Shown here in pieces: positions 36,452-45,648 of a stretch of DNA of 56,239 bases (its first letter is position 1; every line of letters begins with the position of its first letter). The notes below the pieces were generated by a model. It did not search any database. It was given only the letters and a program-made list of their open reading frames with translations, and was not told where the DNA came from. The translations under genes and the position numbers were made by a program. The DNA is from a virus (taxonomy: Duplodnaviria > Caudoviricetes): the IMG/VR virus record IMGVR_UViG_3300021197_000101, positions 1-56,239 of that record. The stretch is one strand, 5' to 3'.

Positions 36452-37431
36452 TGTATAGTATAATAGAAATGTTGGGGTACATGAGACCCCAAGGATCAGA
36501 CGCACAGCAATTGTTTTGTGAACGATTCATCGAACCAACCTTTGGCAAACCTGATGAGCATGGTAACTACATCTTGCAGATAGGCCACAAACCCAAGCGT
36601 TGCTTTACTGCACACCATGACACTGTGCATAGACAGGGCGGTATGCAAAAGTTAGTTGTTACCAATGACGTAGTGACCGTAGCTGATCCTAAAGTATCTA
36701 GCTGTCTGGGTGCTGACTGTACCTCTGGTGTATACGTCATACTGTCTATGATTGAGGCAGGTATTGAAGGTACGTATGTCATTCACGCAGCTGAAGAGGT
36801 TGGATGTAAGGGTAGCATGGAGATGGTAAGAGACTATCCTATGTGGCTTACCTACACCAAGGCTGTAATATCTTTTGACAGGTACGGTGACAACTCTGTG
36901 ATCACACACCAGATGGGCTTTCGTACTGCATCAGATGCCTTTGCTAATTCATTTGCAGATGCACTCAATATGCCACAGCTCAAGCCTGATACTGGTGGTT
37001 CATACACTGACAGTAATGAGTATGCTGAGATTGTACCTGAGTGTACTAACATCAGTGTTGGTTACTACAGTCAACACAGTACCACTGAGTCACAGGACTT
37101 AGCCTACCTAGAGAAGCTAGTGTATGCATTGGAGAATGCTGACTGGTCTAAGCTAGTGTATGAGCGTGACCCAACTGTTGTCGAGACTATCAGCAGAAGT
37201 AGTCGGTATGGGTACAGCTTTGGCTATGATGACTATGGTTTAGGTAGTTTCAAATACGAAAGTAGTATGGATAATGTAGGTCAACTCTTTGAGATTGTCG
37301 CAGATAATCCTTTTGCTGTCGCTGAGTTACTAGACTCACTAGGTATGACACCACTAGACTTAATGGAGGAGTGTAAGATAGATGATCCTAATCTATATAA
37401 TAAAATACAAGATACTAGATATAGTATGTGA
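36451..37431 (+). CDS. Zn metallopeptidase (M20/M28/M42 clan)
   Basis: AHHDTVH, LGADC, AAEEVG, SFDR, YTD, NISVGYYSQH. Confidence 0.85.
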   Translation: MYSIIEMLGYMRPQGSDAQQLFCERFIEPTFGKPDEHGNYILQIGHKPKRCFTAHHDTVHRQGGMQKLVVTNDVVTVADPKVSSCLGADCTSGVYVILSMIEAGIEGTYVIHAAEEVGCKGSMEMVRDYPMWLTYTKAVISFDRYGDNSVITHQMGFRTASDAFANSFADALNMPQLKPDTGGSYTDSNEYAEIVPECTNISVGYYSQHSTTESQDLAYLEKLVYALENADWSKLVYERDPTVVETISRSSRYGYSFGYDDYGLGSFKYESSMDNVGQLFEIVADNPFAVAELLDSLGMTPLDLMEECKIDDPNLYNKIQDTRYSM

Positions 37432-37460
37432 CACTGTGTCACGCTTGACTAAGATATGAT

Positions 37461-37491
37461 TTGCATATATGTATTACTTAAAGTATAACTA
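37461..37491 (+). promoter_or_regulatory. Promoter with ACTTAAAGTATAACTA box upstream of recombinase/replication genes
   Basis: TTGCAT-N17-TATAAC(TA). Confidence 0.65.
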
Positions 37492-37527
37492 TAGGTATTT
37501 AATAATTATAATTAAAAGTTATTATAT

Positions 37528-37548
37528 ACTTTAAGTTAAACTTTAAGT
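37528..37548 (+). repeat. Tandem ACTTTAAGT pair (12-bp period)
   Basis: actttaagt-taa-actttaagt. Confidence 0.8.
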
Positions 37549-37562
37549 ACGGAAAGGATGAC

Positions 37563-37628
37563 ATGGAAGTATACCGAAAACCTGACGACTCACATGATGA
37601 TTGCACACACTGGATAGGAAAGATATGA
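37563..37628 (+). CDS. 21-aa peptide coupled to recombinase
   Basis: MEVYRKPDDSHDDCTHWIGKI; AAGGA RBS; ATGA overlap with next start. Confidence 0.4.
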   Translation: MEVYRKPDDSHDDCTHWIGKI

Positions 37629-38509
37629 AACTTAAAGATGCTATGAACAAATACTTTAGAACCAGACAGTTTAGCTCCCTGTCTAGATCCTCTCAACTAA
37701 ACTATGAGTATGCTCTAGCATCTATCTGTCGTATGTCTGTTATGGGCAAGACACTTGGCAATGTTAACATCAAGAAGATTAGCTCTGCTATGTGTCTGGA
37801 GATATACGATACAGTAGAACTAGAAACCTCAACATCAAATGCAAACCATATTGCTAGAGTGTTTTCAGTTCTTATGAATTTTCTAATCTCAATAGACGAG
37901 ATACCAAACAACCAGATGGCTAGAGTCAAGAAGAGATCAAGCGAACCTAGATCTGTGGTATGGACACATGACCAAGTGATGTCTTTTCTTGACTCTGCCT
38001 TCAGTAATTTTGAATGGAGAAACATAGGGCTAATTGTCCTCATGTGTTATGAGTGGGGACAGAGACCAATAGACATTCGTAACTTGACTTGGGAATCAGT
38101 TGACCTAGAACAAGGTAAAGTTACAATCACCCAAACTAAACGTGGTGCTACCGTTGAGCTACCAATACCTGACAACTTATTAGATATGCTAACTGAACAG
38201 AAAAAGGATTGGGACTTTCAAGAATATGTAGTACCTCATCACAGGACACAGGACAGCGCCTATAGACCACTAACAGTATCCCAGATGACCTCCCTGCTTG
38301 GAGAAGTTAAGGCTACTGTAGGGCTTCCTGATGACCTGCGAGTTGGTGACTTGAGAAAGACTGCGATAGTACAGATGATTGAAAGTGGAGTAGATCACCT
38401 AGCTATTCAGTCTGTCTCTGGTCATAAGAGTGTGTCAAGTTTAAATCCCTATAATAAATTTAGTTTAAAGACAGCACAGTCTGCTTTGGAAAGGAGACAA
38501 AGACAATGA
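37625..38509 (+). CDS. int: Tyrosine recombinase / integrase
   Basis: GQRPIDI (R), QTKRG (K), GDLRKT, SGHKS, NPY (Y). Confidence 0.9.
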   Translation: MKLKDAMNKYFRTRQFSSLSRSSQLNYEYALASICRMSVMGKTLGNVNIKKISSAMCLEIYDTVELETSTSNANHIARVFSVLMNFLISIDEIPNNQMARVKKRSSEPRSVVWTHDQVMSFLDSAFSNFEWRNIGLIVLMCYEWGQRPIDIRNLTWESVDLEQGKVTITQTKRGATVELPIPDNLLDMLTEQKKDWDFQEYVVPHHRTQDSAYRPLTVSQMTSLLGEVKATVGLPDDLRVGDLRKTAIVQMIESGVDHLAIQSVSGHKSVSSLNPYNKFSLKTAQSALERRQRQ

Positions 38510-38745
38510 CGCAACCACAGTATTTACACGCACATGCAAGGTGCAAGTATGAACCAACACAGATACAAAAACAATTAGAGTGTAGACTGTTTGGTAAAAC
38601 ATTTCGTAGTGTAGCCGCAGCTGCTAGAGAGTATGGTCTTGCCCTGTCTACAGCCTATGAGTATCACCACAATCATATACACAGAGAAACATTTCCTAAC
38701 AGGAAACGATGGGATAAATGGAGGAACAAACATGAAGCTATATAA
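38506..38745 (+). CDS. Small HTH protein (NUMOD1-like)
   Basis: GKTFRSVAAAAREYGL. Confidence 0.65.
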   Translation: MTQPQYLHAHARCKYEPTQIQKQLECRLFGKTFRSVAAAAREYGLALSTAYEYHHNHIHRETFPNRKRWDKWRNKHEAI

Positions 38746-39055
38746 AAACAGTGATGGTGTATGGGCAGGAACACAGGCCGATGCACGTAAGATGTGCGGC
38801 AAGGACTACACTGTAGTTGATGTACCAGTGGATAAGCCTAGCTTACTGATGTTTCTTAATGCTAACAAGGTAGGCTCTAGTAGTGGTAACGAAATGATTA
38901 AAGCAGAACAAGAGATGATTGATGACCGCAACTCTCAGAGTGCTATGTCATGGATCAGATGGAGCCACGACTGCATGTGTAGAGGACAGTATGAAGATGC
39001 AAAAGAAATGCTACGTAAGGGATTAGAGTTAGCAAGAAAGGATAATGACCAATGA
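38732..39055 (+). CDS. Hypothetical protein
   Basis: GGAGG RBS; W.GTQADAR...VDVP.DK..L..FLN. Confidence 0.7.
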   Translation: MKLYKNSDGVWAGTQADARKMCGKDYTVVDVPVDKPSLLMFLNANKVGSSSGNEMIKAEQEMIDDRNSQSAMSWIRWSHDCMCRGQYEDAKEMLRKGLELARKDNDQ

Positions 39056-39222
39056 TGTGGATATTAGTTTGGATGCAACTTGTAACTAATCAAGGAGTTG
39101 ATTACTACCAGTTGGGTAACTACGGTAAGAAAGAAGAGTGCCAGTTAGCATTGAAAGAAGCGGTGGTTCTTGTCAACCATAGCTCAGAAACACTGGCTTG
39201 TTTGGAGATAGATACAAGATGA
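39052..39222 (+). CDS. Small exported Cys protein (56 aa, not in ORF track)
   Basis: MMWILVWMQL...YGKKEEC...ACLE; ATGA coupling at both ends. Confidence 0.65.
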   Translation: MMWILVWMQLVTNQGVDYYQLGNYGKKEECQLALKEAVVLVNHSSETLACLEIDTR

Positions 39223-39410
39223 TTGATGTAGAAATGTGGGCTATTAAAGATGTGACAACTAACAAACTTGTAAGAAACAAATGGTCTAGGTATCTTTTTG
39301 TAAGGAAACCTGCCTATTGGAATATGAATTTACCGGGATACTATAGTAACAATGGTGGCATGAAAAAACTCGAACCAATTAAAGTTAGGGTAACGGAGAT
39401 ACAAGAATGA
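39219..39410 (+). CDS. Hypothetical protein
   Basis: ATG at 39219 coupled to upstream stop. Confidence 0.6.
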   Translation: MIDVEMWAIKDVTTNKLVRNKWSRYLFVRKPAYWNMNLPGYYSNNGGMKKLEPIKVRVTEIQE

Positions 39411-39625
39411 ATTGGGTAATACTAGTGACCTTAACTGTAGGCAATCCTTTCATTGTCTTTAATAAATATTTTGAACATGAGGATGCTTGTGTAAGTTACG
39501 TCAACAACCCTGCCCATTATGATACACTTGCGATAGAGATAATAGCAGTGGCAGGTTTCAATGATCCTGTTACAGGCATAGTTTGCCTACCAGAAAGTAG
39601 GGTAGATAAAAGGAGAAAGAGTTAA
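39407..39625 (+). CDS. Small exported Cys protein
   Basis: MNWVILVTL...FEHEDAC...VCLP. Confidence 0.65.
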   Translation: MNWVILVTLTVGNPFIVFNKYFEHEDACVSYVNNPAHYDTLAIEIIAVAGFNDPVTGIVCLPESRVDKRRKS

Positions 39626-39786
39626 TGCTACCTGATGAGATGGAAGCTGAAAAGAATAGAAAGATTATTATCTCTTTGGCTTCTGAGAATGAAACTCTTA
39701 AACAAAATGTGAGGGAATTACAAGAGCAACTACAAAAAGCATATCAAAGAATAGGAGAATTAAATGAGACTAGCAATAGTAATTGA
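39625..39786 (+). CDS. Small coiled-coil protein (53 aa)
   Basis: AGGAG RBS; LKQNVRELQEQLQKAYQRIGEL. Confidence 0.6.
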   Translation: MLPDEMEAEKNRKIIISLASENETLKQNVRELQEQLQKAYQRIGELNETSNSN

Positions 39787-40027
39787 TGTAGATGGTGACA
39801 TCATGTATGTGCCAGAAGATACAAAAGGATTTGTTAATTACCCTAAGCCTCGACTGTTTGACAACCTCAAGGATGCACAAGAGGAGTGTGCTAAGTGGAA
39901 TACTGGTGTGATAGTAGACTACAATACTAACAGGGCTGTTGATGAGGTAAATAGTTACAGCGACATCAGACCCTTCGATTCAGATGAACGTAATAGAGCA
40001 AAGGAAAGGAACGATACAAACTCATGA
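39764..40027 (+). CDS. Hypothetical protein
   Basis: AGGAG RBS; 87 aa. Confidence 0.65.
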   Translation: MRLAIVIDVDGDIMYVPEDTKGFVNYPKPRLFDNLKDAQEECAKWNTGVIVDYNTNRAVDEVNSYSDIRPFDSDERNRAKERNDTNS

Positions 40028-40200
40028 GCATTTATTATTCAGGAATGGTTCTGTATTTACTTGGAGCTATTCTAGTATTGTCCATAGTAGAAAAGGTAGA
40101 ATATGGTAACCCTTTAATTTTTGCCTTGACATGGCCGATAATTTCTGTATTAGTAATCTTAGAAACAATTTGGGATTTAATCTATGGCAGAAAACGATAA
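40024..40200 (+). CDS. Small 2-TM membrane protein (58 aa)
   Basis: ATGA coupling; two hydrophobic helices; ALTWP. Confidence 0.55.
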   Translation: MSIYYSGMVLYLLGAILVLSIVEKVEYGNPLIFALTWPIISVLVILETIWDLIYGRKR

Positions 40201-41788
40201 CCCACATTTAGCTTGTCCGTATGTAGATTGCGGATCAAGTGATGCATTCAATTGGAATGATGATGGCTTCGGTCACTGTCATTCATGCGGTAATTCCTAC
40301 CCGATGAAAAACATGCCAGAAGTTTTTGACTGGGTAGCACAAGAGTATCCACTTAAGGAGAGGAGAAATATCATGGATATAGAAATTGATGGTATGACTT
40401 ACGATGGTATCAGGGGTATTGATCCTGATGTCTGTGAGTTATACGGGATACAGCTACAGACTAGTGAAGGTAGGCCAACACGTTATGCCTACAAGTATCC
40501 ACACACTATTAAGTACAGAGCCTATCAAGATAAGTCCAAGACTTGGATGAAAGACAAGGGACTTGGTATGCACTTCTTGTTTGGCCCTGAGTTTAACGCA
40601 GGTACTAGCCAACGTATCTATATAACTGAAGGTGAGTTCGATGCTGCATCTCTCTATCAGATACTTGGTAAAACATTTCCTGTTAAGTCTCTACCTAGTG
40701 CAAGCATTGGTGAGAAGTTTATCAAGCACAACCATGCTTACATGTCGTCATTCAAAGAGATCATCTATGCCGGTGAGCTAGATGACGCAGGACGTAGAGC
40801 TGCTGACAAATTATACCAAGCATTTCCAGATAAGTTCTGGTATGTTCCTATGACTAAACACAAAGATGCCAATGACTTTCTAGAGCATGGCGATGGTAAT
40901 GATTTGATGTGGGCTGCAAAGAAACCACAGCGTTATTCACCAGAGAATTTCTTCTGCTCTGATGTAGATGTTGAACAGGCAATCTTAAATGAAAACCCTT
41001 ACGAGTACGTACCCACTGGTCATTCTGGCCTCGATGACAAGATACGTGGTATGGTTAAGGGAGGTCTTACCTTTATCAAAGCTCCTCGTGGTACAGGTAA
41101 GACCGAAGTTATTCGGTACTTTGAGACTGGGCTATTGCGTGACAACGATACACGCATAGCTCTACTACACATGGAGGAGATGAAGTCCACAACCTATCGT
41201 GCTATGGCTACCTATCACCTTGGCATTAACGTAAGAACTAAAGATGATGCGAAGGAGAATGGTTACTCAGAGGAAAGTGTAATCAAAGCCGCACAGGATA
41301 TGACACAAGGAGAACGCACAATTGTTTTTGAAATGCGCAGTCATGACGATCCTCTTAAGCTCCTCGATTATACCAGACTTGCTGCATCTGTATATGGAGC
41401 TGATTTTATTTTTGTCGACCATGTTCAACGACTTGCATATCTCTCGCAGTCTGGTGTAGATGGTGCAACAAGCACACTTACTACGTTGGGTTCACGTATG
41501 GCACAGCTTGCCAAGGAACTTAGCATTGGTGTAGTATTTATATCACAGGTCAATGATGATGGACGTACAAAGTATGCAGGGTCTCTTGAAGAAGAAGCTA
41601 TCATATGTGTAAAGATTGAGCGTGATGCTGAGTCAGAAGATGAGATACTTCAGAACACTACTAACTTTATTGTTGACAAGAACAGACCGTTTGCTAAATT
41701 AGGTAGGGCAGGGTCAGTCTACTACGATCCAGAGACTACCATACTAACTGAAGAAGCACCATATCAAGGGAGTGTAATTGCAGCATGA
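40184..41788 (+). CDS. T7 gp4-like primase-helicase
   Basis: Zn finger CP..CGSSDA...CHSC; TOPRIM ITEGEFDA, KDAND; Walker A GTGKT; FVDH, ISQ. Confidence 0.95.
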   Translation: MAENDNPHLACPYVDCGSSDAFNWNDDGFGHCHSCGNSYPMKNMPEVFDWVAQEYPLKERRNIMDIEIDGMTYDGIRGIDPDVCELYGIQLQTSEGRPTRYAYKYPHTIKYRAYQDKSKTWMKDKGLGMHFLFGPEFNAGTSQRIYITEGEFDAASLYQILGKTFPVKSLPSASIGEKFIKHNHAYMSSFKEIIYAGELDDAGRRAADKLYQAFPDKFWYVPMTKHKDANDFLEHGDGNDLMWAAKKPQRYSPENFFCSDVDVEQAILNENPYEYVPTGHSGLDDKIRGMVKGGLTFIKAPRGTGKTEVIRYFETGLLRDNDTRIALLHMEEMKSTTYRAMATYHLGINVRTKDDAKENGYSEESVIKAAQDMTQGERTIVFEMRSHDDPLKLLDYTRLAASVYGADFIFVDHVQRLAYLSQSGVDGATSTLTTLGSRMAQLAKELSIGVVFISQVNDDGRTKYAGSLEEEAIICVKIERDAESEDEILQNTTNFIVDKNRPFAKLGRAGSVYYDPETTILTEEAPYQGSVIAA

Positions 41789-43632
41789 TTGTATTTGACG
41801 TAGAAGCTAATGGTTTATTAGATGATGCTACAAAGATACACTGCCTGTCTTATACGACTGACGGTGTTACTTACGATACACTGTTTGACTATGACGGTAT
41901 GAAAGATCTACTACTAAACCAACAAGGTTTAATAGGTCATAACATTGTTAGGTATGATGTACCATTATTAGAAAAGATCTTAGATATTAAGATCGAAGCT
42001 AGGTTGTTTGATACATTACCTATGTCTTGGGTTCTCAACTACAATAGACCTAAGCATGGGCTTGAGTCTTTCGGTGAAGACTTTGGAATACCCAAGCCTA
42101 AGATAGATGACTGGCATAACCTTACTCAAGATGACTACCGACACCGCTGTGTAGAAGATGTTAAGATTAACTGGAAGCTATGGAAGGATGTACTAAAAAG
42201 GTTTATGTTTATCTACAAGAGTAAGTCTGAGTTAGATAAGTTCTTTCGATACTTACAGTTTAAGATGGACTGTGCAGCAGCAGCTGAGAAACTAGGTTGG
42301 AAGTTGGATGTCGGTTTAGCTAAGGATTGTGTCGCAAAACTAACAGACCAACAGTCATCTAAGATTGATGAACTAAAAGGTGTAATGCCTAAAAGAAAGA
42401 TTACTACCAAGAAGTCCAAGCCTAAAGTTTGTTTCAAGAAGGATGGCTCACCTTCATCTCATGGTGAGAGATGGTTTGCTTTACTCGATGATCACAAACT
42501 ACCTAGACACTACGAAGGAGAAGTAGAAGTTATCAAGTGTTGGGATCAACCTAACCCTAACTCTAATGACCAAGTAAAAGATTGGTTGTATTCACTTGGT
42601 TGGGAACCTTGTACATTTAAGTACAATAAAAATAAGGAGACAGGAGAAGAAAAGAAAGTACCTCAAGTACGTAAGGATGGTGAGCTTACTCCATCTGTAA
42701 AATTACTAATCAGTAAGAACCCTACTGTAGAAGTTCTCAGTGGTCTTACTGTAATACAACACAGGCTAAAGATCTTCGAAGGTTTTTTAGAATGTGAATA
42801 CAATGGTTACGTGAGGGCTGAAGTTGATGGCCTTACAAATACGCTACGTTTCAAACATAAGAAACCTCTTGTCAATCTACCTGCTATAGATAAGCCTTGG
42901 GGTAAAGAGATACGTGGTTGTCTTACAGCTCCAGATGGTTTCATACTATGCGGTGCTGATATGACTTCACTAGAAGACACAACCAAGCGACACTACATGC
43001 AACCATTTGATCCAGACTATGTAGAAGAGATGTCACAAGATGGCTTTGATCCACACTTAGACTTAGCTAAACATGCAGGTGCAATCACTCAAGAAGAGAT
43101 AGATTTATATAACAGAGGTGATAGACCTGACATAAAAGCTTTACGTAAGGATTACAAAGTTGTGAACTACTCTGCTACTTATGGTGTTGGCGCACCAAAG
43201 TTATCTCGTGAGACCGGCATGACTATGAAACAAGCAGCAGCACTACTCACTGCATATTGGAAACGTAACTGGTCAGTTAAAGCTTTTATCGACAAGCAAA
43301 AGATACGTAGGATAAATGATGAGATGTGGGTACAGAATCCAGTAAGTAAGTTCTGGCACTCACTTCGATATGAGAAGGATGTATTCTCTACACTTAATCA
43401 ATCGACTGGTGCTTACTGTTTTGATAAGTGGGTTGCTTACTACAGAACTCGTAGGCCAAATATCATTGGACAGTTTCATGATGAATCAATTAACTTAGTT
43501 AGAAAAGGAGAAGAAGATGAGCACAGTTCCGCACTAGAATGGGCAATAAAAAAACTTAATCAAAATCTTAAATTAAATGTTGACTTAGGTATTGATATAC
43601 AGTATGGTCAGCGTTATAGTGACGTACATTAA
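41785..43632 (+). CDS. polA: Family A DNA polymerase with 3'-5' exonuclease
   Basis: FDVEANG, GHNI..YD; motif A GADMTSLE, motif B RKDYKVVNYSATYG, motif C FHDE. Confidence 0.95.
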   Translation: MIVFDVEANGLLDDATKIHCLSYTTDGVTYDTLFDYDGMKDLLLNQQGLIGHNIVRYDVPLLEKILDIKIEARLFDTLPMSWVLNYNRPKHGLESFGEDFGIPKPKIDDWHNLTQDDYRHRCVEDVKINWKLWKDVLKRFMFIYKSKSELDKFFRYLQFKMDCAAAAEKLGWKLDVGLAKDCVAKLTDQQSSKIDELKGVMPKRKITTKKSKPKVCFKKDGSPSSHGERWFALLDDHKLPRHYEGEVEVIKCWDQPNPNSNDQVKDWLYSLGWEPCTFKYNKNKETGEEKKVPQVRKDGELTPSVKLLISKNPTVEVLSGLTVIQHRLKIFEGFLECEYNGYVRAEVDGLTNTLRFKHKKPLVNLPAIDKPWGKEIRGCLTAPDGFILCGADMTSLEDTTKRHYMQPFDPDYVEEMSQDGFDPHLDLAKHAGAITQEEIDLYNRGDRPDIKALRKDYKVVNYSATYGVGAPKLSRETGMTMKQAAALLTAYWKRNWSVKAFIDKQKIRRINDEMWVQNPVSKFWHSLRYEKDVFSTLNQSTGAYCFDKWVAYYRTRRPNIIGQFHDESINLVRKGEEDEHSSALEWAIKKLNQNLKLNVDLGIDIQYGQRYSDVH

Positions 43633-43647
43633 ACAATGGAGGGCCGC

Positions 43648-44157
43648 ATGGCTACACGTAAAGTAAAATTAACTGGTACTGCAGAGTGGGCAAAAGTATT
43701 TGCTCAGAACCGTGACTTGAAAGGTTTTCAAGGCGCATACGAAGATCACGATGGTGCTTGCACTATTGACCTATTCATGGATGAAAAGAATGTGGCTGCA
43801 CTGTCAGCATCTCGTTCAATTAAAAATCCAAAGGATGTAGGTAATGGTATCTTCAAAACTAAATTTGTTCGTAAGTTCAATACAGGTAGGGATTGGGATA
43901 GTGGCGCACCTGTTGTTACTAATTCTGATGGTGATACTTGGAACTTCGATACTGATGGTCCCATTGGGAATGGCTCTACTGTAGAGGTCATGCTATCAGT
44001 GTATGATACCAGTTACAAAGATCGTCCCGGCACTAGGCTTGATTCCGTAAAGGTTATCAATCATGTGCCAGTGGATAATATAATCCAAGCTGAGACTATA
44101 TCAGCGGATACCCTGCCGAAGGCAGATAAGAAAGAAGCAGACGCAGTTCTGTTCTAG
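43648..44157 (+). CDS. ssb: Single-stranded DNA-binding protein (T7 gp2.5-like)
   Basis: WAKV, IGNGS, TRL.SVKV; acidic tail ending in F; GGAGG RBS. Confidence 0.75.
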   Translation: MATRKVKLTGTAEWAKVFAQNRDLKGFQGAYEDHDGACTIDLFMDEKNVAALSASRSIKNPKDVGNGIFKTKFVRKFNTGRDWDSGAPVVTNSDGDTWNFDTDGPIGNGSTVEVMLSVYDTSYKDRPGTRLDSVKVINHVPVDNIIQAETISADTLPKADKKEADAVLF

Positions 44158-44174
44158 CACTCCTCTCTCAACTA

Positions 44175-44198
44175 AGCCCCCTTCGGGGGGCTACTTTT
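44175..44198 (+). terminator. Rho-independent terminator
   Basis: AGCCCCC-TTCG-GGGGGCT-ACTTTT. Confidence 0.8.
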
Positions 44199-44209
44199 AA
44201 GGATATAAT

Positions 44210-45064
44210 ATGAAAAATATTGACACTCTAGTAGAAGATCTTGAGTCAGTTATCTATGGTCAAGGTGGTTGGAGAAAGTCTATTGCAGAAGAGATGGGTA
44301 AAAATATTGGTGAGGTGGCAAGTAAAAGATTTAGTAAGCCGCAAGAACCTCGTGGTTATCTTTCACTGTCGTCAATAGGTACACCTTGCAAACGTAAGCT
44401 GTGGTATAAAATTAATCAACCAAGAATTGGTGAACCACTAGATGCTAAGATGCTTCTTAAGTTTTTCTATGGAGATATGATAGAAGAATTAATACTTGCT
44501 ATGGTAAAAGCAGCAGGGCATAAGCTAGAAGGTATGCAGGATCGTGTTACTGTACATGGTATACGTGGACACAGGGATGCAGTCATTGACGGTATGACTG
44601 TTGATGTAAAGTCTTGTAGTCCTTTTGCTTTTAAAAAGTTTCGTGACGGTGAGCTAAGAGGTAATGATCCCTTTGGTTACATCAGTCAACTATCTTCTTA
44701 TGTTTATGCAGCACAAGATGATCCACTAGTTACAGATAAAAATCGTGGTGCTTTTCTAGCTATCGACAAAGTTAATGGAGAGATGTGTCTTGACGTATAT
44801 GATTTTTCTAATGAGCTTCCTACCAAACAAGCAGAGATGGAAGCTGCAAAAACAATGGTCGCAGGTGACATACCTACTCAGCGTATATCACCCGTACCTG
44901 CCAGCAAGTCTAGTCCTAACACCAAGTTAGATAAGTCTTGCCAGTTCTGTGAATACAAGAAAACTTGTTGGCCTAACCTAAGAATGTTTGAATACTCTTA
45001 CGGCATTGAGTATCTGGTTCATGTAGAGAAGCCACCTAAAGTTCCAGAGATTACAGATGGCTAG
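44210..45064 (+). CDS. PD-(D/E)XK exonuclease (Cas4/AddB-like, 4 Cys)
   Basis: S.IG.PC.RKLWY, GH.D...VDVKS, GY..QL..Y, C.FC.YK..CW. Confidence 0.8.
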   Translation: MKNIDTLVEDLESVIYGQGGWRKSIAEEMGKNIGEVASKRFSKPQEPRGYLSLSSIGTPCKRKLWYKINQPRIGEPLDAKMLLKFFYGDMIEELILAMVKAAGHKLEGMQDRVTVHGIRGHRDAVIDGMTVDVKSCSPFAFKKFRDGELRGNDPFGYISQLSSYVYAAQDDPLVTDKNRGAFLAIDKVNGEMCLDVYDFSNELPTKQAEMEAAKTMVAGDIPTQRISPVPASKSSPNTKLDKSCQFCEYKKTCWPNLRMFEYSYGIEYLVHVEKPPKVPEITDG

Positions 45065-45413
45065 AGCAGCTAAAGCAAAAGGTCGTCTTGGACAGAATGA
45101 AATCAGAGATAAGATACTGGAAACATTTCCTGATCTAGAGCCTGATGATGTTAGGTCTACTACTATGGGAGATACAGGTGAAGATATACAACTGTCTCCT
45201 GCAGCTAGAAAAAAGATACCAATAACAATAGAAGTTAAAAGAAGAAAGTCTGCACTGAAGACTGTGTATGACTACATAGAACAAGCTGAAGCTCATGGTA
45301 AAGGTGAGCCTGTAGTTTGTTATAGATCAGATCGTAAGCCTTGGGTAGTTATGGTAGGCTTAGATCATTACATGAACTTGTTAAAATACTGGGGTAATAA
45401 TAATGATAGTTAA
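45057..45413 (+). CDS. Holliday junction resolvase (Hjc-like)
   Basis: KAKGR..Q, GEDI, IEVKR. Confidence 0.75.
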   Translation: MARAAKAKGRLGQNEIRDKILETFPDLEPDDVRSTTMGDTGEDIQLSPAARKKIPITIEVKRRKSALKTVYDYIEQAEAHGKGEPVVCYRSDRKPWVVMVGLDHYMNLLKYWGNNNDS

Positions 45414-45639
45414 AATATGGGATGTAATAGAAGGCCCGATAAGTACAGAAGAATACCCAGATGAAGCACCTGATGGTGCTAACTGGTACATGGTTTGTAG
45501 GACAGAAGTAGATGGTGAAATGTCAGATGATAACTTTTGGTTTGAAGATTTTGATGATGCCTACGAATGGCAAAAACATTTTATGAAAACAATAGAGCCA
45601 TTAGAGATTGACATGACTACTATGTATGGATATAACTAG
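45403..45639 (+). CDS. Small acidic protein
   Basis: 78 aa, D/E/W-rich. Confidence 0.65.
   Translation: MIVKIWDVIEGPISTEEYPDEAPDGANWYMVCRTEVDGEMSDDNFWFEDFDDAYEWQKHFMKTIEPLEIDMTTMYGYN
45608..45638 (+). promoter_or_regulatory. Promoter for nucleotide-metabolism genes
   Basis: TTGACA-N17-TATAAC(TA). Confidence 0.7.
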
Positions 45640-45648
45640 GGGTTCGTT

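Noticed and set aside
30960-37550. CtrA boxes (TTAA-N7-TTAA) or a dif site in AT-rich intergenic DNA
   Set aside because: The TTAA spacings I checked were 6, 8 or 9 bp; no convincing XerC/XerD arms
41785-43632. HMO-2011-type polymerase with DnaJ insertion, or an intein
   Set aside because: No CxxCxGxG repeats or intein motifs; compact 615 aa
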